From Candidatus Micrarchaeia archaeon (GTDB taxonomy: Archaea; Micrarchaeota; Micrarchaeia; CAILAH01), in NCBI GenBank assembly GCA_038874595.1, contig JAVZCB010000002.1, positions 128,001 through 192,000 on the forward strand: a DNA stretch of 64,000 bases. The letters run 5' to 3'. Below the pieces are notes generated by a model. That model was not told the DNA's origin, did no database searches, and was given only the letters and a program-made list of their open reading frames with translations. Below, piece by piece: positions 57,943 through 64,000 of the stretch (positions within the stretch are counted from its first letter, which is position 1; each line of letters starts with the position of its first letter). The translations under genes and the position numbers were made by a program.

Positions 57943-58716
57943 ATGCTTTGGTTAATCATAATTGCAACAGTGCTCATAAGCTTGCTTTCCTTGTCAGGAG
58001 TGCTTCTTCTAGGCATGAAAAAAGACCTGATGAGAAAGGCACTTATTTTCCTTATTGCATTTGCTGTTGGTGCAATGATGGGCGGAGCATTGCTTCACCT
58101 TATGCCTGAGGCAATAGAAGAAATAGATGTGATGGCAGCATTTATTTTGTTGTTTATAGGCTTTATGCTATTTTTTGTGATTGAGAAGTTCCTGCACTGG
58201 AGGCACTGCCATGAAGGCGATTGCAAAATCCACGGTGGCAGCATTACAGGAAAGAAAGGAAAAATAAAGCCGGCCGCATACTTAAATCTCATTGGGGACA
58301 GTGTGCATAATTTTATTGATGGAGTAATAATTGCAGTATCATTTGTGACAAGTATTGAAGTTGGGATTGCAAGTGCAATAGCAATAGCGCTGCATGAGAT
58401 ACCCCAGGAGTTTGGTGATTTTGCAGTGCTTGTGCACAGCGGCATAAAACCAAAAAAGGCATTAATTTATAACCTATTCACAGCATTTACGGCTGTGGTG
58501 GGCGGCATTGCAGGATATTTCTTTCTCACAGCAGTCACAAGCGCAACGCCATATCTCCTGACAATTGCAGCTGGCGGGTTTCTTTATATTGCAGCAGCCG
58601 ACTTGGTTCCAGAGCTTCATAACGAAATAAGGCCGCACACATCAGCAATCCAGTTTATTGCAATCCTTCTGGGCTTTGTGCTGATGTACCTTATGAAATC
58701 CATATTAGGTGGCTAA
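57943..58716 (+). CDS. ZIP-family metal transporter
   Basis: LHLMPEA, HWRHCH, DSVHNFIDG, HEIPQE.GD. Confidence 0.95.
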   Translation: MLWLIIIATVLISLLSLSGVLLLGMKKDLMRKALIFLIAFAVGAMMGGALLHLMPEAIEEIDVMAAFILLFIGFMLFFVIEKFLHWRHCHEGDCKIHGGSITGKKGKIKPAAYLNLIGDSVHNFIDGVIIAVSFVTSIEVGIASAIAIALHEIPQEFGDFAVLVHSGIKPKKALIYNLFTAFTAVVGGIAGYFFLTAVTSATPYLLTIAAGGFLYIAAADLVPELHNEIRPHTSAIQFIAILLGFVLMYLMKSILGG

Positions 58717-58740
58717 TGTTGTGGCTGTGCATATTGGAAC

Positions 58741-58759
58741 TGTAGGTTTTTACCTAACA
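58741..58759. promoter_or_regulatory. Palindromic putative operator TAGGT-TTTT-ACCTA upstream of the SIMPL gene
   Basis: Inverted repeat at 58743-58756, upstream of a TATA-like TATTAAAA. Confidence 0.35.
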
Positions 58760-58815
58760 ATATAATCCCTATTAAAAAGGTTATTCCTGATATGTTAATC
58801 AATAAAGGTGGTTAG

Positions 58816-59646
58816 ATGGGAAACAAGGAATGTTCGGGAAACGTTTATTGTAATAATGCCCTGATTTCTTTTGGGATTATTACAGCCGTGGCTCTCCTTG
58901 GGTTTGTTATTGGGATGTATCTTGCTATACCCCAACAAGGTGTTACAGGTAACATAACACTTACAAGCCCTTCGGAGCACACAATCTCTGTAAATGGGGA
59001 GGCGCAGCAGAAGGTCACACCTGACCTGCTGGTTATCTCTTTAAGTGTCGAAACGCAGGAAGATTCAGCAGCGCTTTCACAGGAAAAGAACGCAGAGATT
59101 ATGGATAACGTGAAGAAAGCACTGCTTTCAAGAGGGATTCTTGAGAAGGACATATCAACGAGCTCATACTCTGTATATCCTGTTGAGCAGTCGCACTGGA
59201 TATGCCCCAAATATAGACCGGGCTGCACGGATGATGAGAAGATATATGAGACAAAAGTAATTGGTTACAGGACAGTCCATATAATCTCTGCCAAGACGGG
59301 TGACCTTACAGGCGGTGGCGCACTTGTTGATGCTGCTGTACAGGCAGGTGCAACAAATGTTAATTCAGTGGTGTTCACCCTTAAGGATGAGACGAGGAAA
59401 TCCATAGAGGAGAGCCTGTTGAAGTATGCTTCAGCAAACGCAAAGGGCAAGGCACAGAAGATTGCGGACGGTCTCGGTGTCAGGCTTGGCGCACCAGCAT
59501 CTGCTGGAAGCAGCTATGTCTACTTCCCGGGGCCTGTGTATAAGAACTACGCCAGCTATGCGATGGATTCAGCGGTACCCACAAGTTTCTCGCCAGGCGA
59601 GATGGTCGTGACTGCCTCTGTAAGTGTCTCATACCTTATAGAGTGA
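58816..59646 (+). CDS. SIMPL (DUF541) domain protein
   Basis: TISVNGE...PD, V.T, I.TS.YS.YP, GA..V..V.F, A..KA..IA..LG, PGE..V.ASV.V.Y. Confidence 0.9.
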   Translation: MGNKECSGNVYCNNALISFGIITAVALLGFVIGMYLAIPQQGVTGNITLTSPSEHTISVNGEAQQKVTPDLLVISLSVETQEDSAALSQEKNAEIMDNVKKALLSRGILEKDISTSSYSVYPVEQSHWICPKYRPGCTDDEKIYETKVIGYRTVHIISAKTGDLTGGGALVDAAVQAGATNVNSVVFTLKDETRKSIEESLLKYASANAKGKAQKIADGLGVRLGAPASAGSSYVYFPGPVYKNYASYAMDSAVPTSFSPGEMVVTASVSVSYLIE

Positions 59647-59762
59647 GGCAGTTGTGTAGTAATGCCATCTATACTGAAATAAGGTGTTTGCAAGCATTGC
59701 ATATTACAGATGTGCGCCCGCTTCAGCGCAGGCCACATCTGGTTCTTTTCTTTGGTGTTTAT

Positions 59763-60353
59763 ATGGTTGGTATTGCGATTGACCGCCCTGTGAGAAAGGC
59801 GCTCAGCTCCGAGAATCGCGTTCGTATCCTGAAATTAATTGCTTCAAGGAGACGGACACAGAGCGAGCTTGCCAGGGCGTTATCTCTGTCATCCCCGACA
59901 GTGTTAGAGCACCTCTTAATCCTTCTTAACGCAGGTCTCATAGAGAAAATTGATGAGGGCCGGAAATGGAAATATTACCAGCTTACTGAGAAGGGCCGTG
60001 CGCTTATGGGTGTTGAGCATAATCCGGTTCCAATCCGCTCAATAGTGCTGTTCGCAATATCCATTATGCTGCTCGTACCGTCTATATATATGCTGGGCTT
60101 TTATGTACCCCATGAGGCTCTTGATGTGTACGGGTTGGAGAGCAAGCCGCAGGCCCACAATCCAGATGTACAGCCACAAATGAAACTGTTTGCAATGCCT
60201 ACATCAAACACCACACAAGATATCTCTCCGCCAGAAGCCAACGACCCCGGCTATGAGCTGCATGAAAAGGGCATATATTACATAATGCTTGTGCTGGGCA
60301 TCATTACTCTTGCAATGGCAGTATACACATACATAAGTGGCAGCCGGCGCTGA
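59763..60353 (+). CDS. ArsR-family wHTH regulator with two TM helices
   Basis: KALSSENRVRILK, T.SELA, HL..L..AGLI, KW.YY.LT.KG, followed by TMs. Confidence 0.85.
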   Translation: MVGIAIDRPVRKALSSENRVRILKLIASRRRTQSELARALSLSSPTVLEHLLILLNAGLIEKIDEGRKWKYYQLTEKGRALMGVEHNPVPIRSIVLFAISIMLLVPSIYMLGFYVPHEALDVYGLESKPQAHNPDVQPQMKLFAMPTSNTTQDISPPEANDPGYELHEKGIYYIMLVLGIITLAMAVYTYISGSRR

Positions 60354-60476
60354 AGCAGATATGTGCCCAGTATTTTTACTGCCAATTTAGAGGGATAGGT
60401 AGCGCCACAGTGATAGTGGTCACTGTGCCTATTTGCCAGCTTCCACATTTTTATTATTGTATGCGTATTTACTTTT

Positions 60477-62261
60477 ATGGACTTTTTAACGCTCGCCTCT
60501 GCAATGCAAGAGCTTGAGAGCACGCGCTCGCGCAACCAGATGGTGGATATAATCGCTGATTTATTCAAGAAATTATCGCCGGACGAAATTCAATACGCTG
60601 CATATTTAATACAAGGTGTAGTAGCACCACCACATAAAGGTGTGGAGGTAGGCCTCGGTGAAAAGCTTGTTGAAGAGGCTATTTCAAAAGCAACAGGATA
60701 TTCTGAAAAGGAGGTGCAGAGGCTTTACTTAAAGGCAGGTGACCTAGGCACGGTAGCAGAGCAGTTATGCGGCAGCAAGAAGCAGACATCCCTGTTTTCC
60801 AATAAACTTTCCATAACAAAAGTGTACTCATCATTTTATAAGATTGCAACGTTATCTGGCCACGGCTCACAGGATATTAAGGTTTCGATGCTTGCCGAGC
60901 TCATAAACAACGCATCACCGCTTGAGGCGAGGTATATCGTACGGTTCCCGATAGGCCGACTCCGGCTCGGTGTCGGCGACCCGACCGTGCTTGATGCGCT
61001 ATCTGTTATGCACAAGGGCGACAAGAGTGACCGCGAGCTTCTTGAATCAAAGTATAATATCTGTTCTGATTTGGGGTTAATTGCAAAGTCGTATGCCCAG
61101 GACCCGCGTTCAATTTCAAAGCTTACTATGATGCCATTTACACCGGTCAGGCCGGCGCTTGCGGAGCGCCTCTCCTCTGCTGAAGACATAATAAAGAAGA
61201 TTGGGCAATGCATTGTGGAAGCCAAATATGACGGTTTTCGCCTGCAAGTGCACCGCAGGGGCAATGAGGTGGAGATATTCTCAAGGAGGATGGAGCGCAT
61301 GACGGATATGCTTCCAGACATAGTTTCAGCAGTGCGTAGCGAGATTAGCTGTAAAGAGGCAATATTTGAGGGTGAAGCGCTTGCCTATAATGAGGAGACC
61401 GGCGAGTTCTATCCATTCCAGCAGACTATCCAGCGCAAGCGGAAGCACGGTGTGGAGGAGAAGACTGCTGAGATGCCGCTCCGCCTTTTTGTGTTTGACT
61501 TGCTCTACCTCAACGGAAAAGAGGTTGCATCCAGGCCTTTAAAGGAAAGGAGGAAGCTGCTTGAGTCCATAATAAGCAGGGACAGCAAGGTGATATCCCT
61601 TTCCGAGAGCTATACTGCAAAAAGTGCTGCTGATATTGAGGCGCATTTCAATGATTTTGTATCGCGCGGTCTTGAAGGGCTGATGGCAAAAGACCTTAAC
61701 GCTCCGTACACTGCGGGTGCGCGCAAGTTTGCGTGGGTGAAGCTGAAAAGGTCATACCGCAGTGAGCTCTCAGACACGATAGACCTTGTGGTGATAGGGT
61801 ATTTTGCTGGCCGCGGTTCACGCGCGCGGTTTAAGTTTGGAGGTGTCCTTGGCGCAGTTTATGACCCGCACACTGACATGTTCTACTCGCTTGCAAAGGT
61901 TGGCTCAGGGTTTTCTGAGGAGCAGATGTCAGAGTTTGAATCTCTATTATCAAAAATTAAGGTGAAAACCAAACCGGCACGTGTCAGCTCAGATATGGCA
62001 CCAACATATTGGGTTGAGCCAAAATATGTGATAACAGTAAAGGCGGATGAGATTACGCGGTCCCCAGTACACACTGCTGGGAAAACCGCTAGCGGGCAGG
62101 GATATGCATTAAGGTTTCCGCGCATAGTTGATGGTATCCGCAGGGACAAACGGCCAGAGGACGCGACAACTGTTGATGAGATAATTGATATGTACAATAT
62201 GCAAAAGAGGATAGAAGTTGGGACTGGTGAAGGGACTGATGAAGGGAGGCATCCTGAATAA
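60477..62261 (+). CDS. lig: ATP-dependent DNA ligase
   Basis: EAKYDGFRLQVH, EGE, FDLLY, EGLMAK, WVKLK, ALRFPR. Confidence 0.97.
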   Translation: MDFLTLASAMQELESTRSRNQMVDIIADLFKKLSPDEIQYAAYLIQGVVAPPHKGVEVGLGEKLVEEAISKATGYSEKEVQRLYLKAGDLGTVAEQLCGSKKQTSLFSNKLSITKVYSSFYKIATLSGHGSQDIKVSMLAELINNASPLEARYIVRFPIGRLRLGVGDPTVLDALSVMHKGDKSDRELLESKYNICSDLGLIAKSYAQDPRSISKLTMMPFTPVRPALAERLSSAEDIIKKIGQCIVEAKYDGFRLQVHRRGNEVEIFSRRMERMTDMLPDIVSAVRSEISCKEAIFEGEALAYNEETGEFYPFQQTIQRKRKHGVEEKTAEMPLRLFVFDLLYLNGKEVASRPLKERRKLLESIISRDSKVISLSESYTAKSAADIEAHFNDFVSRGLEGLMAKDLNAPYTAGARKFAWVKLKRSYRSELSDTIDLVVIGYFAGRGSRARFKFGGVLGAVYDPHTDMFYSLAKVGSGFSEEQMSEFESLLSKIKVKTKPARVSSDMAPTYWVEPKYVITVKADEITRSPVHTAGKTASGQGYALRFPRIVDGIRRDKRPEDATTVDEIIDMYNMQKRIEVGTGEGTDEGRHPE

Positions 62262-62333
62262 GCAACAATTCACATTTATGCTTTTTGAGCCCCTATAATA
62301 ATATTTATTAATATAGGAGCGTATATTCTCAAT

Positions 62334-62903
62334 ATGCGGCGCGGCTTTGTTTTTATGCTTGATGCTTTTATTGCGTTAATAGTGGTGATAGCATTCGTAA
62401 GCTCACTTAACCAATTCTCGCGCGATTACTCATACATCCAAGATGAGACTTTGTACTCGTATGGCAGGGGCATGATGGATATACTCTTGAGCAAGCAGGT
62501 CAAGGTTGAGATATCTAAGACCGAGCCAAAGGAATATCAATACATCCAGCTTATTCATGCGCTCTCAACAGAGGCAGGAAAAAAGGAGATGGATGCGATA
62601 GACAAGCTTGTCCCGAAACAGTATTCATATAAGGTAGAATATTACAGCAGCAAGGAGAACAGGTGGGTTCCGCTTTACACACCCGCCTCAAGGGATAAGA
62701 AAGACATAAAGAAGGCAGTTGCCATTGTATCCACAATCCCGGTTATAGTGAAGAATGAGAATTATACCGCTCCGTACACATACGGGGACTTTTGCGGGGA
62801 GCCGGGTGGCATTAACAGGTGCCTTACACCTGAAGAGCTCTACAGCCCTGATGAGTTCGGCTCGTTTGACAGGGCATTTGTCCGTGTGGTGATAGGCATA
62901 TGA
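62334..62903 (+). CDS. Pilin-like protein with a class III signal peptide
   Basis: MRRG|FVFMLDAFIALIVVI; SD GGAG. Confidence 0.72.
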   Translation: MRRGFVFMLDAFIALIVVIAFVSSLNQFSRDYSYIQDETLYSYGRGMMDILLSKQVKVEISKTEPKEYQYIQLIHALSTEAGKKEMDAIDKLVPKQYSYKVEYYSSKENRWVPLYTPASRDKKDIKKAVAIVSTIPVIVKNENYTAPYTYGDFCGEPGGINRCLTPEELYSPDEFGSFDRAFVRVVIGI

Positions 62904-64000
62904 TGCGCAGGGGATTTGCACTCACACTTTCAATAATAATACTGGTATTTTTCCTCACGCTTATACTTTCAGTTGAGTCGCAGCGTATCATCATTGAGGA
63001 GCAGACACGTGCCAGCCACGCGAGGATGCGTGCTGTAACATCGCTCGTTTCAGATATGGATTCGCCCGCACTGGATTATGCAGTCTCCAAGATGGCGAAG
63101 CGCGCACTTTATGATGTCACGATGGATGTAATTGCTAATAACAAGCCCGCGCGCAATGCAAGGCAGGAGGTCTGCAACAGGTTCACTGAAATGTATTTAG
63201 GGTATCTCAAATCCATGCAGCAGCGCGCGAACGATTCCGGCCTTGCCCTTTTATATGAGGATAAGCCGCCTGCCCTTATATGTGATATTAAGCTCGTGGA
63301 CGGGTTCAAGGCGCAGGTTTCAATAGGCACAAAGGTGACTATAAAAGGGAAGGATATATACGTAACAAAAGTGCTTTCGCACACAGAAAACTTTACGATA
63401 AATGGGATTTATGACCCGTATATTGCACTGAAGAGTTATGACCCGAACATGGGCACAAAATACAATATGGTCCTTATTCCAATAATCCCGTCAAAAATAA
63501 GCACTGATGAATTTAAGGCAGAGCCAGCACAGCTTTCCTCTGTAGGATACGGGAAGGGCTGGGGGTATGGCACAGTGATATCTTCAGATGAGGCACTTTC
63601 AGCTGCGGACTCGGCGCTTGGCACCAGGATACTTCTAATTACAAATGAGGCGGAATTTTCAAGATGGAAAGACCCGCGCAACCTTTCAAAGTTTGCAGGC
63701 GTAATCCTGGTGAAGACGAACCTCGCAACAACCCCAACCACATCTGAGAATGTGAGGATAGCAGGGACCGATGATATGAAACAGCCCTGCTTTGTTAATG
63801 CAACAAAATACGTGTGGGTGGAAAATACTGCACCGTGCATCTCTTGTGGTGAATACTCAAAGCTCGTAATATTGCAAAGGTCTGTTGACTCTTGTGAGCC
63901 GCAGCTCTCAGGGGTGTATTACAGGGAAGGCAACACGTACTATACATACGTGCCATCCTCCTCTGTAACTGACCCGAACAATATCCAGGACAAAAAGAAT
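62900..64000 (+). CDS. Larger pilin-like/surface protein with a class III signal peptide, 3'-truncated by window edge
   Basis: ATGA overlap with the upstream stop; MMRRG|FALTLSIIILVFFL. It is missing from the ORF track, consistent with no stop before the window end. Confidence 0.68.
   Translation, partial: MMRRGFALTLSIIILVFFLTLILSVESQRIIIEEQTRASHARMRAVTSLVSDMDSPALDYAVSKMAKRALYDVTMDVIANNKPARNARQEVCNRFTEMYLGYLKSMQQRANDSGLALLYEDKPPALICDIKLVDGFKAQVSIGTKVTIKGKDIYVTKVLSHTENFTINGIYDPYIALKSYDPNMGTKYNMVLIPIIPSKISTDEFKAEPAQLSSVGYGKGWGYGTVISSDEALSAADSALGTRILLITNEAEFSRWKDPRNLSKFAGVILVKTNLATTPTTSENVRIAGTDDMKQPCFVNATKYVWVENTAPCISCGEYSKLVILQRSVDSCEPQLSGVYYREGNTYYTYVPSSSVTDPNNIQDKKN

Noticed and set aside
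1-64000. Provirus, integrative element or rRNA
   Set aside because: No integrase, capsid, terminase, transposase, att duplication or rRNA-like sequence was recognised.

Overview
Archaeal chromosomal window with compact, gene-dense DPANN-like content, most consistent with Micrarchaeota (inferred from gene repertoire, not from a database search). Housekeeping genes include pyrG, alaS (short form), tyrS, gatD, cdc6/orc1, topA, lig, tmk, fibrillarin, thiI, rtcA, NAC, a tRNA-splicing endonuclease subunit and a polyprenyl synthase. Three tRNA genes (Trp-CCA, Gly-GCC, Val-GAC) all carry an intron at the non-canonical T-loop position 59/60. Trp and Gly also carry a 37/38 intron, and the 225-nt Trp intron is hairpin-rich and contains two antisense guides. 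Accessory highlights: (1) a secreted MltD-like lytic transglycosylase at the end of a co-oriented run of large Cys-rich/Ig-like surface-protein genes and a stand-alone LigD-like primase-polymerase; (2) a minimal two-gene [NiFe]-hydrogenase with a truncated, Cys-substituted small subunit; (3) an orphan Cas2-like gene bracketed by inverted repeats; (4) a roadblock / small helical protein / KaiC-like ATPase module directly upstream of cdc6; (5) a 44-aa, 82% acidic micro-ORF with a strong SD site; (6) several fusions (AsnB-Dph6, DUF357-Nudix, PAP2-polyprenol kinase); (7) an AT-rich intergenic repeat region. No CRISPR array, integrase or transposase was seen.
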